From Eledone cirrhosa (taxonomy: Eukaryota), in NCBI GenBank assembly GCA_964016885.1, contig OZ024740.1, positions 302,560,001-302,624,000 of the forward strand: DNA of 64,000 bases. Reading direction: 5' to 3'. A program made the translations under genes and the position numbers. The notes under the pieces were generated by a model, which worked only from the letters and a program-made list of their open reading frames with translations, did not search any database and had not been told where the DNA came from. Below are positions 13,381 through 27,149 of the stretch, one piece after another (positions within the stretch are counted from its first letter, which is position 1; every line of letters starts with the position of its first letter).

Positions 13381-13885
13381 AAGTACCGTACGGTACGAAA
13401 AGAAAAAAAAGTTTTAAAAAATAGCAATTAAGTTTCGCGATTAAGTGTAGCATAGTTTTAAAGTTAAATTTAGCAATAAAAAATAGCATTAACTGCGAGG
13501 TGAGTAAGTCAAGTTAAGAGATAGAGTGCAAAACGAAAAACATTAACAGCCTCCCCCGTCATTCTCCCCCATCTCTGCCAATCTCCTCCACCTCCGCCAG
13601 CTTTTTCGTCTCATCTTGAAGGTAAATACACTTAATAAATCCAGTTTATTTCTTCATATTCTCTTTTATTATGTCCTTAGTATTTCATTATACATTATTT
13701 GTTATTTATAAAGTATATTTTGCTTATTAAAAACACGTAACATAAATAAATTGGTGTGGTTTTGGGGTGTCAGAACGGATTAATAGCATTTCAGTTAATT
13801 TCAATGGGGAAACTTGATTTGAGATACGAGTAAATTGAGTTACGAGCTCGGTCACGGAACGAATTAAACTCGTATCTCAAGGCAT

Positions 13886-13939
<54 letters not shown>

Positions 13940-13943
<4 letters not shown>

Positions 13944-14085
13944 GGTTTGCTATACAATAAGTGATTTAATCACATTGGTGATCGATTGACGCAGAAACAG
14001 GCGGGTAGCGATCTCTAGACCTACCAGTTCAGAGAAACAATTGTCAGCAATGTGATTAAAGCCCTTATTGTATAGCAAACCGTGT
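13940..14085. repeat. Short inverted-repeat element next to (TA)n
   Basis: acacggtttgctatacaataag ... cttattgtatagcaaaccgtgt form perfect 22-bp ends, extending imperfectly to about 45 bp. Confidence 0.75.
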
Positions 14086-14268
14086 CACTCTTCTTTCTTG
14101 ATTTATTATTACACCAAGTGTAAACTACATAGAAATCACCGCGTACTCGCAGTATCACTATGGAAACGCCTTGTTGAGTCAAACTTAGCGTTGATACTAT
14201 CTACTACTCGGAGTACCCTAACTGGATTACATCTAAGTGGACTACCTATAACAATAATTTGTTATCCC

Positions 14269-14323
<55 letters not shown>

Positions 14324-14399
14324 CATATACATATAAATAACAGATAACCAAGATTACTATAGGGACAGTGCGCTTCTCAATACGTATACAATACCAGTT

Positions 14400-14615
14400 A
14401 AATTGATTAGCAGTATCGGTGGAACGTCGGACACTATGCTTCACGCCATAGAGCTAGGGCACTTTATAATTCTGAGTTCAAATTCCGCTGCGCTTAGCTT
14501 AGCCTTTCATTCTAATGGGGGCGATACATAAAGTACCAGTAATGCACTGGGGTCGATTTCATCAATTTCCCGCTCTTCCTAAATTGCTAGCCTTTTGCCT
14601 GAATCCGAAACCATT
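14400..14615 (+). mobile_element. SINE family A, diverged
   Basis: gagttcaaattcc...gcctttcatt...aagtaccagtaatgcactggggtcga. Confidence 0.75.
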
Positions 14616-15245
14616 ACCGTTATTAGTATTATCACTGACAACAACAATTGTCCTAAGGTAAAGTTTTCTCTGTTAATTTTCCTGGCGATTTGCTCTGTTC
14701 CCCCAAAGCAAGCTTTCTGAGTTACACTCAATTTCTATTTCCTTTATGCAATGATCAAATTAACATGTCACTCTTCCCACGAAACCTCTCGTTATGATAT
14801 ATATTTAAACCTTTTCCATTTCCATAACTATGCAATCTTCTTCTTGAATGACTTTTACATTTTCTTCCCTTCCTCTACATTTTTCTTAACTTTTATGTCA
14901 AATAGGCATGAAGAATCCATTGTATATCCAGATTTCTATATTTTGTCCGTTTATTGTGCTCTAATACCTTACGGGTCTTAATGACGTTAAGAAAGTACAG
15001 AAAGAAAAAGAGAATGAGGAAGATTTTGAACCAATGTCAGATGGGTTTTTTTTTTCTAGTTTGGATTTGTCAACTCAAATATTTTTTTTGTAATTTCTGC
15101 CCTACAAGAAAGAAAGAAATAAGGTCCACCGGCACCCTATATGGGGGTAGGTTTCACAAGTCCCACAGACGAAAATTGACTCTTTTTAGAATACAAATGT
15201 GTGGTTAAACTTGTAAATGGTGACTTACCTTCGTGTATATATATA

Positions 15246-15364
<119 letters not shown>

Positions 15365-15506
15365 TTTGAGTATATGTTGGTTGTATACCAACACCTCAGT
15401 ATGCAGATTAGAGCATTCGACGAAGTGCGCAGGTTGGTTTGGTTACTCCGGAGTAATGTAAAATAAAATAAATAAGTCAGATGTTTAAAATTTGGCTTCG
15501 TTTATT

Positions 15507-15561
15507 ACTGCTATATATATTTCGGTGACAGCCATATTTGGCTGTGACCTCTTCAGGCAGT
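15507..15561 (-). ncRNA. Minimal type-I hammerhead ribozyme (PLE-type)
   Basis: Minus strand: actgc CTGAAGA ggtcacagcca-aata-tggctgtcacc GAAA tatata TA gcagt. Stems I and II pair and stem III is palindromic. Confidence 0.8.
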
Positions 15562-16317
15562 CTGAATTAGTGTGGTAGAGACGAGTACACATGTTGTTGA
15601 GGTGTTTAACTTTGTCAATACTCTGATATGCCCAGTTCCTGGTTGGGTTGTTATTTCACTGAGGAACTGGAATCATATGAATTTAAACAAACAAATTTCA
15701 GCGTCAAAGGACATCTTCTCCTCCCATTGGTCAGTTGTGAGAACATTCCTCAGTCAAAAGTCTATAGAAATTCGTTCTGAGGCGAGGCAATCTGTAGTGG
15801 TTGTTCTTGTTATTGTTAAGTACATCTGACCTCTACTCTTATCTTGGTAGTGGTGCTGGTGTTGGAGTCAGCTAAAAAAAATGATAAAGTGGTAGAAGGC
15901 ATAAGATTGTAAAAGAACAAAATAAAATAAGATAATCAAATAAAATGTGTGTGTGTTATACCCAATCTCAATGTTAGAAAGATTTGTAAGGTCACTCCTC
16001 CCATTGGTCAGTTGCGAGAGCATTCCTCAGTCAAAAGTCTATAGAAATTCTTTCTGGGGTGAAGCTACCTGTAGGGTTTGTTTTTGCTATTGTTAAGTAC
16101 ATCTGACCTCTACCCTTATTTTGGTAGTGGTGTTGGAGCTGTGGTCAGCCTAGGTCTTTCTGCTACTGACATTTAGAAGTATGTGTGTGTGTTTCTTTAT
16201 TCATCCTGCCACCATTTCTCGTGGTGGTGGTGGGGGGCGTCTATCCCATGCATATGAAGAAATAGAAGGCAATAAAATGAAGAAAACAGAAAATAAAAAA
16301 TAAAAAGTAAAAAAAAA

Positions 16318-16510
16318 ATAATTGTTTCTACTTTTGGCACAAGGCCAGCAATTATCCAGTACATTACTGGTACTTTATTTTATCGACCCCGTAAGGATGA
16401 AAGGCAAAGTTAACCTCGGTGGGATTTGAACTCAGACCGTAAAGGGACGTAACTATGCTGGAAAGCATGGCGTCCGACTCTCTACTGATACTGTCAATCC
16501 ACCGCCCTTA
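16318..16510 (-). mobile_element. SINE family A inserted in the PLE left arm
   Basis: Full body present; absent at the equivalent position of the right arm (about 18250). Confidence 0.85.
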
Positions 16511-17371
16511 TAAATAAAAAATAAATAATAAATAATAAATAGAAAATAAATGAAAAATTAATGAAAAATGAAAAATGAAAAATGAAAAATGAAAAATGAA
16601 AAATGAAAAACGAAAAATGAAAAATAAAAATGAAGATTCAAATAAAATAAAATGTGTGTGTGCTATAACCAATCTCAAAGTCAGAAAGATGTTGGATAAA
16701 GTGGTAGGAGGAACAAGATGGAAAACAAAATAAGATAATCAAATAAAATGTGTGTGTTATACCAAATCTCAATGTTAGAAAGGTTTGCAAGGTCACTCCT
16801 CCCATTGGTTAGTTGTGAGACCATTTCTCAGTCAAAAGTCTATAGAAATTCTTTCTGGGGTGAGACTACCTGTAGTGTTTGTTTTTGCTATTGTTAAGTA
16901 CATCTGACCTTTACCCTTATTTTGGTAGTGGTGTTGGTGCTGCGGTCAGCCTAGGTCTTGCTGGTGCGGACATTAAGAAGTATCTGTGTGTGTTTTTTCA
17001 TCCATCCTGCCACCATTTCTCGTGTTAGTGGTGGTGGCGGTGTGTGTGTGTGGGGGGGGGGGTTGTGCCATGCATATGATGAAATAGAAGGCAATAAAGT
17101 GAAGAAAACAGAAAACAAATGAAGATTCAAGTAAAATAAAATGTGTTTGTGTTATAAAGATGTTGGCCAAATTAGAAAGGCTGTGTCAGAATCAATCTCT
17201 AGGCTATCATGGTGTCTGCTCAGCCTGGGTGGGTCCCTATGGTTTGAGAGGAGTTCCCAAACTATGGTGTTGTTACTGCCCATATGGCTTGAGGGAGGTC
17301 CGGTCAAGAGGTGTCTACATGTTCTGGAGAAGTCCCTCTAGCTTGAGGGGAATTCACATCTCAGTGTATTG

Positions 17372-17594
17372 TTACTGTCCATATAGCTTGAGGAAGGTCC
17401 CGGCCTTGAGGTGTCTGCATGTCCCGAAGAAGTCGGTTCTGAGGTTTATCAGGCGGCTTCCACCTCTTAGTATCTCGAGGGTCTCGTTCAGACATAGTTT
17501 GAATATGCCAGATCCCCCTTTAGTGTGGTACTTTCCTGATTATGGACCAGGCCAGAGAGTACGGGGCCCTGTCCAGCTTAAGCTTCCAGATCAG
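17372..17594 (-). pseudogene. PLE GIY-YIG endonuclease C-terminal fragment
   Basis: KSTALSDLIWKLKLDRAPYSLAWSIIRKVPH*RGSGIFKLCLNETLEIL...INLRTDFFGTCRH matches the PLE pattern STxLSxxIWxLK...CxLCLxE...LNxRxE...CRH. Confidence 0.8.
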
Positions 17595-17597
17595 GTC

Positions 17598-18212
17598 GGA
17601 AAGAGCCGTACTTTTCCTTTTTCATTTTTCATTTTTCATTTTTCATTTTTCATTTTTCATTTTTCATTTTTCATTTTTCATTTTTCATTTTTCATTTTTC
17701 ATTTTTCATTTTTCATTTTTCATTTTTCATTTTTCATTTTTCATTTTTCATTTTTCATTTTTCATTTTTCATTTTTCATTTTTCATTTTTCATTTTTCAT
17801 TTTTCATTTTTCATTTTTCATTTTTCACTTTTCACTTTTCATTTTTCATTTTTCATTTTTCATTTTTCATTTTTCATTTTTCATTTTTCATTTTTCATTT
17901 TTCATTTTTCATTTTTCATTTTGCATTTTTCATTTTTCATTTTTCATTTTTCATTTTTCATTTTTCATTTTTCATTTTTCATTTTTCATTTTTCATTTTT
18001 CATTTTTCATTTTTCATTTTTCATTTTTCATTTTTCATTTTTCATTTTTTCATTTTTCATTTTTCATTTTTCATTTTTCATTTTTCATTTTTCATTTTTC
18101 ATTTTTCATTTTTCATTTTTCATTTTTCATTTTTCATTTTTCATTTTTCATTTTTCATTTTTCATTTTTCATTTTTCATTTTTCATTTTTCATTTTTCAT
18201 TTTTCATTTTTC
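17598..18212 (+). repeat. (TTTTTCA)n heptamer array, roughly 85-90 units
   Basis: Directly visible; it produces the spurious FFIFHFS ORFs. Confidence 0.95.
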
Positions 18213-19007
18213 ATTAATTTTTCATTTATTTTCTATTTATTATTTATTATGTTTTTTTATTATTCTTTTTTATTTATTTATTTTTTTCTTCATTTTATTG
18301 CCTTCTATTTCTTCATATGCATGGCACATCCCCCCCTCCACCACCACCTCGAGAAATGGTGGCAGAATGAATAAAGAAACACACACAGATACTTCTAAAT
18401 GTCAGTAGAAGCAAGACCTAGGCTGACCACAGCACCAACACCACTACCAAAATAAGGGTAGAGGTCAGATGTACTTAACAATAGCAAAAACAAACACTAC
18501 AGATAGCCTCACCCCAGAAAGAATTTCTATAGACTTTTGACTGAGGAATGCTCTCACAACTGACCAATGGGAGGAGTGTGACCTTACAAATCTTTCTAAC
18601 ATTGAGATTGGGTATAACACACACATTTTATTTGATTATCTTATTTTATTTTGTTCTTTTACAATCTTATGCCTTCTACCACTTTATCATTTTTTTTAGC
18701 TGACTCCAACACCAGCACCACTACCAAGATAAGAGTAGAGGTCAGATGTACTTAACAATAACAAGAACAACCACTACAGATTGCCTCGCCTCAGAACGAA
18801 TTTCTATAGACTTTTGACTGAGGAATGTTCTCACAACTGACCAATGGGAGGAGAAGAAGTCCTTTGACGCTGAAATTTGTTTGTTTACATTCATGATTCC
18901 AGTTCATCAGTGAAATAACAACCCAACCAGGAACTGGGCATAACAGACTATTGACAAAGTTAAACACCTCAACAACATGTGTACTCGTCTCTACCACACT
19001 AATTCAG

Positions 19008-19062
19008 ACTGCCTGAAGAGGTCACATCCAAAGATGGCTGCCACCGAAATATATATAGCAGT
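19008..19062 (+). ncRNA. Minimal type-I hammerhead ribozyme
   Basis: actgc CTGAAGA ggtcacatccaaagatggctgccacc GAAA tatata TA gcagt. Confidence 0.75.
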
Positions 19063-19100
19063 AATAAACGAAGCCACATTTTAAACATTTGACTTAATTA

Positions 19101-19135
<35 letters not shown>

Positions 19136-19627
19136 TAATAAAAACAATGAATAAAAACAAAGAACAAGTTTCTTATATTAAAAAATTCATCATTTTACGA
19201 TCGTTTCTAGGATATATATGTATATATATATCTCTCCATATATATATTTTTTTTTTCTTTCTAGTATTCTACCCTAACTATAATATTCAGTAGTACCACC
19301 CCACATAAATTCCTCAAATTAAGAATGACCTGTAGTATCGAATTAAAAAATATAAACCTCAATTGAGTATATATCTGACCAGGAATGCTTTTTGTGAAAA
19401 TCAGTCATATGGAACTAATGTCATCTTGCCTGACGGTTTGCACTTTACAACACCACCTGCCTCTTTGAGGTCAAATACCAACCCTACTAGCATCTACAAA
19501 TTGACCAATGAGAATTAAGATTATTCCTGCTGACAACATTAAATTATTCCTAACAAGCTCATATGTCCCAAGGGTCTGATTCCATCAACACCATCAACAC
19601 AGAGCTGGCATATCTAAGAACTGACTA

Positions 19628-19683
19628 ACTGCCTGATGAGGTCATAGCCATTCAATGGCTATGATCGAAATATATATACCAGT
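19628..19683 (+). ncRNA. Minimal type-I hammerhead ribozyme (related PLE subfamily, fragment about 19250-19730)
   Basis: actgc CTGATGA ggtcatagcca-ttcaa-tggctatgatc GAAA tatata TA ccagt. 11-bp stem II; one mismatch in stem I. Confidence 0.75.
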
Positions 19684-19724
19684 AAAGAAAGGATTATGAG
19701 TTCATGCAATTGAGTTATGTTTCG

Positions 19725-19765
<41 letters not shown>

Positions 19766-20093
19766 TTTCTGAATTTATTTAGCAAGATTCTTTATCTGAA
19801 AACGTCTATGGAAACCGATATTGTTATACTTTGGGTATAAATTCCTAAATTTATAAATTTAATTTACTATAATAAATTGAAGTGAAAGCAACTGGTGCGT
19901 GTGTTTCTTATTGGCAACATGACCCTCCTAAAGTATAACAATATATATATATATATTTATTTATTTATATATATATGCTAACACAAGAGCAAGAATGAAG
20001 CGTTCATTCTACTGATATCGCTTTAAAAATGAGGCTTGTTTGTGTAATTGCAAACGAATCGAATGTTATTAATATTCGAAAAACTCATATTAC

Positions 20094-20166
<73 letters not shown>

Positions 20167-20475
20167 TGTATTTTTATCTCATATATATATATTTATATAT
20201 ATATATTTATATATATATATATATATAGTAAATTTGTATTCCAATGTTACTAAGTAGTCGCATTGGATGGAGTCAATAGCGAGGTATAGGTAACCCATAC
20301 ACTATAGAGACAATTGTTACCTAATAAATTCTTTATACCCGCATTTCCGTTTCATAAACTTCTTCTCTATATATATATATGTATGTATGTAAAAGGTAAA
20401 CAGAAATAACAGCACAATTGGTACAGTATATGGAAGGTATATATTAGGTTAACGCTTGATATAGCAGAAAGACGG

Positions 20476-20512
20476 TCTTAACGTTTCGGACGCTAGTCCT
20501 TCATCAGAAGAA
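20476..20512 (-). ncRNA. Minimal hammerhead-like motif (PLE-type)
   Basis: Minus strand: tctt CTGATGA a ggac-tagc-gtcc GAAA cgt TA aga. Confidence 0.6.
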
Positions 20513-20682
20513 AGAATGAGGATTAAAATAGATTGAGGGGACGGGCGGGATGGAGTTGGAAAAATTGTCTTTAGATAAAAATAATAAGTCCATTCATGTT
20601 GACATCTCTTGGATGCTTAAAGCGTCCGTATGCGGTAGACCTTATGAACACTCGATTAGGAAAATCTGCTTCGTAGAATCAA

Positions 20683-20779
20683 GACGTATTTGAGGACCTT
20701 GCGATTTTCAGAAGTCTGTTTCGATCATCACATCGATCGTGCTTCGAGCTGGACGCCAGAGAAACGATTGTAATATGTC
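20683..20779 (+). ncRNA. Hammerhead with extended stem II (core variant TTGAGGA)
   Basis: gacgtat TTGAGGA ccttgcg...(about 64 nt)...cgccaga GAAA cgattg TA atatgtc. Homologue of 44232-44327. Confidence 0.55.
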
Positions 20780-23529
20780 CAATAAATTCCATTCGTCGCA
20801 ACACTGATTCTCTTTTTTTTCCTGTGATATATATATATACATATATTTACGTATATATAAATGTGTGTGTGTGTGTGTGTATGTGTGTGTGTGTGTGTGT
20901 GAGTGTGTGTGTGTGTACCTGTGTGTATGTGTGTATGTGTGTGTATGTATATGTGAATATTTATGCAGATAATACTGTATAAACGGTTGTGTTAGTATGT
21001 CTATATGCCTTTTTGTAACTACATCCGAGTCCCTCCTAGTATCTATTCTGTTATAAAACTAAAAATATATCAGTAAATGAATGTGGCAGTTTGTCATTGT
21101 GAGTATAAGTATATGTATCTGAAAATTCATTAATGTATGTTACTAAATCAGCTTTTGATTCTATTCGACTGAAAATGTCGGAGACTATATGTCTAGTATT
21201 GTGTGTATAGGTGTGTCTCCAGGTGTCAATATGTGTGTGTGTTCTTTTGTACTATTTTGTTTGAGATTCTGTTGCTTTTGTCAATGAGTTTCTGTATAGT
21301 GAACTATAGAGTATGGTAGATGTTGCTCAAAACATTGATTGTTTTAGAAAGATTTTATTTATAAGGAATTGAATTAGCTGTAGGTGTTTTTCATATCAAC
21401 AGACCATCGATTAGATTATATTGATTTCTGGATCGAATCAGCAGTAAAGTAGGAACTATATTTGCTGGTCATATCTAATTCATTGGAACTGAACTTTGCC
21501 AAAGTATACTGAGAGAGTGTCAGTGCAATGAAGTCACATGGACTAGCTTTCCATCTAACGCTTTGCTTTAACACAAACTCTTCGTCTTATACATGATTTA
21601 TATGTTCGACACTTCTTTTAACACTAACAGTTGAATAGAGAGACTAACTAACAGTTCGCTTTCGTTTTATATCTCTAACTGAAGTGATGAACAAACATAA
21701 ATATTCTGAGCGCTGACTATTTTTCTGAAATATGAGACACACATAACACACACACATAGACACACAGACACACACACACACACATTCACACACACACACA
21801 CACTTTCTCACATATACACACACATACGCACTGACACAGGCTCACATGCACACACTCACACACACACTCACACATACACACACTTATACATACTCAAACA
21901 GGCTCATATACACACACACTCACACATACACACACTCATACACACTTACACAGGCTCGCACACATACAGACATGCACATACTCTCACACATACACACGCA
22001 CATAGGCTCACATGCATTCACACATTCTCACACATACACACTCATACACACACACATACACAATTATACATACACACGGACACAGGCTCACATATACCAC
22101 ACACATACTCTCTCTCTCTCACACAAACAAATAGACATTACATATGTATCTAACCGTTTACAGAAATGCATAGTTTGTAGCACTTTTATATGTCTCAAAT
22201 ATTTGCATTTGCAGCCCTAAAAGCATTTTCTTCTTTCCAGTTATTGTTGTTACTGTTGCTATTTGTTACTTCTGATACATCCAAGTTAACATAATCCATC
22301 AACAGATCAACGTCAAAATGCTTATCTATGTCTTCTCAATAAAATGCAAGTTGCTTGGCAACTTTAACACCCACACTACAACTTTCGGACGCCATTAAGA
22401 AAACGTGACATATGCATTCAACAAATAGTACAAGAAACGTTCTAATCTTTTCATGTAAGCGCATATGTGTGATTGTTTCCGAGTACGTTTTGCCTACGTG
22501 TCTATACTTGTGTGTAGATGTAGTTAAACATTCGAAGCAAGCTAAGTTAGCTTTATGTACATGGACGTGAGTGGTTATCAGTAATTAAAAATTCACGAGT
22601 TAACATTTCTACTACTATCATTCATTTAGTGAAGAGAAAATTGCTAGCTATTCGTTGCATGCTTATAGAAGAACAAATAAAATACAGAATAATAAAACAA
22701 ATAATGTGTCATGTGAAAATTGAAAACAGAAATTATAAAAAGAAGTGTAATTTCCTTTATTATCCTCCTGCCCTCTTTTACCCCGCTATCACTTTCTATC
22801 TTTGAGTTTTTCTCTTTCTGTCTCCCTGTATTTTTATGAAACATTTTTTCTCTTACTTTCTTTCTATTTCTATAGATTTCTGAATTACCTACTTTCGATA
22901 TTTGTTTTTAAATATAACTTTCACTATTTTTCTCAGTTTCCACATATAAATACGAGCAATACGATCGCAAACACGCGTGCTCGAGATCACACAAACGTAT
23001 TCATATATTCCCGGACACATATGAGCAATCATATACATGCACACTAACTGGAAGAGACTGACTGGCGTTGTCACAAATGCTCAAAGATGAATCACAGTGA
23101 TCCAATACTCATTCTAAATTGGTAAATGTATCAACACTACTACATCTATACATCTGATATCCCTTGTGTTTTATGCCCCGCAATCATACTCTTGTATGGG
23201 TAACAAGAGATAATAACTGAAATTCTAGATATCAACAATAGAGTTCAATAAAGGAAACAGAGCCCTAACCTCTGTTACTTTATTATGAATCTTGTTGCTG
23301 GCATTGAGTGAATAGACCTAGAATCAAACGTACTTTCGTTGTAACATCGCTGATGGACCAAGTAGAAATAGCAACCACATTTATTCCAAATACTTGATCC
23401 TGTATCCTATATATCCAGGAATTTGCAGATGACATGACATTACGTAACACATCAGAAGATTATCTCCGATATGCATTTGATATGTTTCTTGCATATTGCT
23501 GTACGACAGAATTGAAATTTAGTGCTGCG

Positions 23530-24140
23530 AACACTGTCACTCATCCTCTCAGGAAAGCATGTGCAGTGCACCCTATATGTGGGTGGAATTACACTAAGAG
23601 GCGGAGACGTTCAAATATCTCGGGCCAGTGTTCATGAGTGATGCAAAGCAGGCAGCTGAATTAAGTGCAAGATCTGCAAGAGCTTCAACATTCGGTAATC
23701 AGAGGGGAGTGCATGTAAATACCAAATGTGTTATCTACAACCAATACTCATGTTCATGAATCTTGGGTAATGACCGAAAGTATAGGAACGCAAATACAAG
23801 CGGTCGAAATGGGTTTTCGCTGAAGCGGTTTGGGGGTAGCGTTATGCAATACACTGCGTAGCTCGGAGATCAGGGAGTCATGCCAGGTAGAGCCGCTATT
23901 TCTCTGAATTCGGAGATCAACTTCGATTCAACGGTCATGTGGTCAGAATGTCTCGGAAAAGAATCGCTGGCCAGATTTTACGGGAAAAACGAACTGTCAG
24001 GAGACCCACTAATTGACGCCGTGCATGATGGTCTCGCTTGGAGATCCAGCCAGATCAAGTGGAGACCGTTGCTTCTGACAAGATTCGCTGGAAGGTCTCC
24101 CTTCCAGGAATACGTGGGTGAAGAATAAGTAAGAAGAACA
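23530..24140 (+). pseudogene. RTE-clade LINE C-terminal fragment with short (GAA)-like tail
   Basis: FKYLGPVF.SD..ELSAR, HESWVMTE..QIQAVEMGF, LRSSEIRE..VEPL, QLRFNGHVVRM. Confidence 0.8.
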
Positions 24141-25169
24141 TATTTAATGGATAAACTGCTTAATAGAGGATCTCTGAGTGATAGTAGAGGCATGAGGTTT
24201 AGAGGTCTGTATATTTACGTGAAGATAATACTGTGAAATATAGTTTAACGAAGCACTAGTCTCGGTTACGTGAAAGAGATAGTTAACACAGTATTTTGGT
24301 GAGTAAAGAGAGGTAAAACTGCTCAAAGTATGACAGTATGACAATAACATTTTTGTAAATAATTCAAAGAGGAATTACGGTTTTTTTGTGATAGGTATAT
24401 ATTCCGATTCAGGTATAGGAAATAATTTCGATGTGAAAAATATCTTGAATATCTCATTATACGTATGGAAACTGAAAGGATTTAAATTTTTGTTTCTTTC
24501 ACCTTTGTTACAGATAACACAATTGTACTCTAGTTCGATTTTTCTATCTCTTACATCATAGTAACAAGTTCATGCGTATTTAGGCTGTTCATTGTTCTGG
24601 GGTTTTAAGGACATACTTTTATGGTTTGATTCGTATTATTTTTTTCATTCCTCTGATTTGTAGCATACCAGTCCGAGGTTCCAGGCATGATCTCCTGATC
24701 GTCCGTGTCACATAAGTTCAGGGCTGCTAATTCACCCTCTTGATCTATGACAATGGTCTGGAAGTGGTCCAATCTTTTTCTCGAAATCTGAGTTTTATCA
24801 GCCTACTCTCCCGTGCTCACTTAAGACAAATTGGAAGAGTGTGTTTTTAATTGTGACACCATCACAAGACGATTGTCTTACTGGACTAACGAGTTCTCCA
24901 ACTCAATGAATATTTTATTCGTGCCCTTCACACTATGAGATTGCCGTAAGGTAATCTCCTGGTGATGACGATGCGAATTAAACATCCATCGCGTCGTCAT
25001 CACTAGGAGATTACCTTACAGGGCTGACGAGCTTTCCCACCTGGTGGTGGTACAGATAATACCCAGGATCTCCTTAATTTGTTTTTTGTTTGCCTTGTTT
25101 TCTTTCGTTGTTTTGTCCTCTGCTAATTTTTCTATGTTTATCATATATATATATCATATATATACATAT

Positions 25170-25355
25170 ATATAGGAGTCGATTGACTTTTGTCAAATCG
25201 GACCGAGCAAACAATGTTTCCATTGGTCTTTCCAATTGCTAATACTATCTATCGGTCGCAACTCCAGGTAGAAGGAACAACGTGAAATAAAGTGTATTGC
25301 TGAAGAGCATAACGCATCAACCGGTCCAGAATCGAACTCACAACCTCACAACCTG
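25170..25355 (-). mobile_element. SINE family B, partial
   Basis: Matches 37609-37821. Confidence 0.75.
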
Positions 25356-25500
25356 TATATATAACAGTGTTTTGTAGCTTACTTGTACCATTGTTTAATA
25401 GGAAACACAAATTTTGAAGACCAACACAATGCGTATGGAGAATGTTAAACTACCAAGATAACTAAAGAATCTTACCTTAGGAAATTTAACAATCCCTTAT

Positions 25501-25745
<245 letters not shown>

Positions 25746-26427
25746 GCAAGGTTCTATGTGTGTGCGTGTCTGTAAGTGTGTATGTATGTAAAGCAGAATG
25801 GAAGTGTGGTTGCATATTTTATTACACAGAACTTTTGAATTCCTGAATGAATACTTCTGTCACAAGTATTTATATTTTATAAATAATATATATATATTTA
25901 TTTACTTGTCGTTCTCTCTATAAATACACGGATATATCTATCTATCTATCATGTCATCCAGCTACTCTATAAATGTGCCTATATATTTATGAGTCACCTT
26001 TATGTCTGGAAACTAGTGTGTTTACGTGAAACACTCCACACTAGGACACTTAATTTCGTTCCCCTACCTTCCCGTTCTCTCTTCTTCCTCTGGCTCTCTA
26101 ACACATTCCCTCTATTTACCTCTTTGTTGTTTAATTCTCATCTTTCTCAGCCTTTTCCCTTTTCTTCATTTATCTATCATTCAGTATATTCTCTTTACAT
26201 TTTATCTCGTAAAAGTTCAGTAGATCCTTCCGGTCAAAAATCTTAAATGACCATTATTCTTCTGTTGCCATCAAATGATTTGCTATATAAACGATCTGTA
26301 TACACAGGTTTTCGTACACAATCATATATGCGCAAACACACATGCGCAAACACACACACACGACCGCACACACGCTCAAGAAGGTTTATATATATGTGTG
26401 TGTTTGTGTTTATGTATGTGCATATGC

Positions 26428-26710
<283 letters not shown>

Positions 26711-27149
26711 GAAGCGTACGCAAAAGAAAACACCGAAAACCGAAGCACACAATATAATATGAGTTAATGTTTGATTCCTGCTCCAAGGAAGAATTCAGAA
26801 GTGTTCTACCGTTCGGTCAGTGTTCCTTGAAGGAAAAGCAGAAAATAAAGGGAGAAATTAGTAGAGAAGATGAATGAAGAGAAAGTTTATTGTAGCCAGC
26901 GTTGTATCTCTTGTCGAATGCATATGATGAAGGAACAATTATGTAAGGTAGAAATTTGTCATATATGTTTATATAATACTATATATATATCATATAAACA
27001 TATCTGTCAATACACATTCCTTTTGTCTTCTATTATTTTACTTCATTTAGTTATTAGACTACGGCCTTACTCTAGGATATGTGGCATATATATGTGTTGC
27101 TTTATGTGGCATATATATATATATATGATTCTTTTCCCCGTAATATCTG

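Larger units (their letters stand above)
11354..13890 (+). mobile_element. Tigger/pogo DNA transposon with both TIRs
   Basis: 23-bp TIRs CAGTGATACCTTGAGATACGAGT and ACTCGTATCTCAAGGCATCATTG (2 mismatches), with TA on both sides. Confidence 0.92.
15465..17597 (-). mobile_element. Penelope-like element 3' portion (GIY-YIG tail, repetitive UTR, hammerhead); left arm of an inverted structure
   Basis: GIY-YIG C-terminus at 17372-17594 and hammerhead at 15507-15561, followed by AATAAA. Mirror image of 17598-19105. Confidence 0.8.
17598..19105 (+). mobile_element. Inverted copy of the PLE 3' region (right arm)
   Basis: Reverse complement of about 15465-16630 minus the SINE. Ends with hammerhead, AATAAA (19063) and (TA)n. 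Confidence 0.85.

Noticed and set aside
17160-18408. 404-aa and 288-aa plus-strand ORFs
   Set aside because: Stop-free read-through of the TTTTTCA array; the real coding remnant is on the minus strand.
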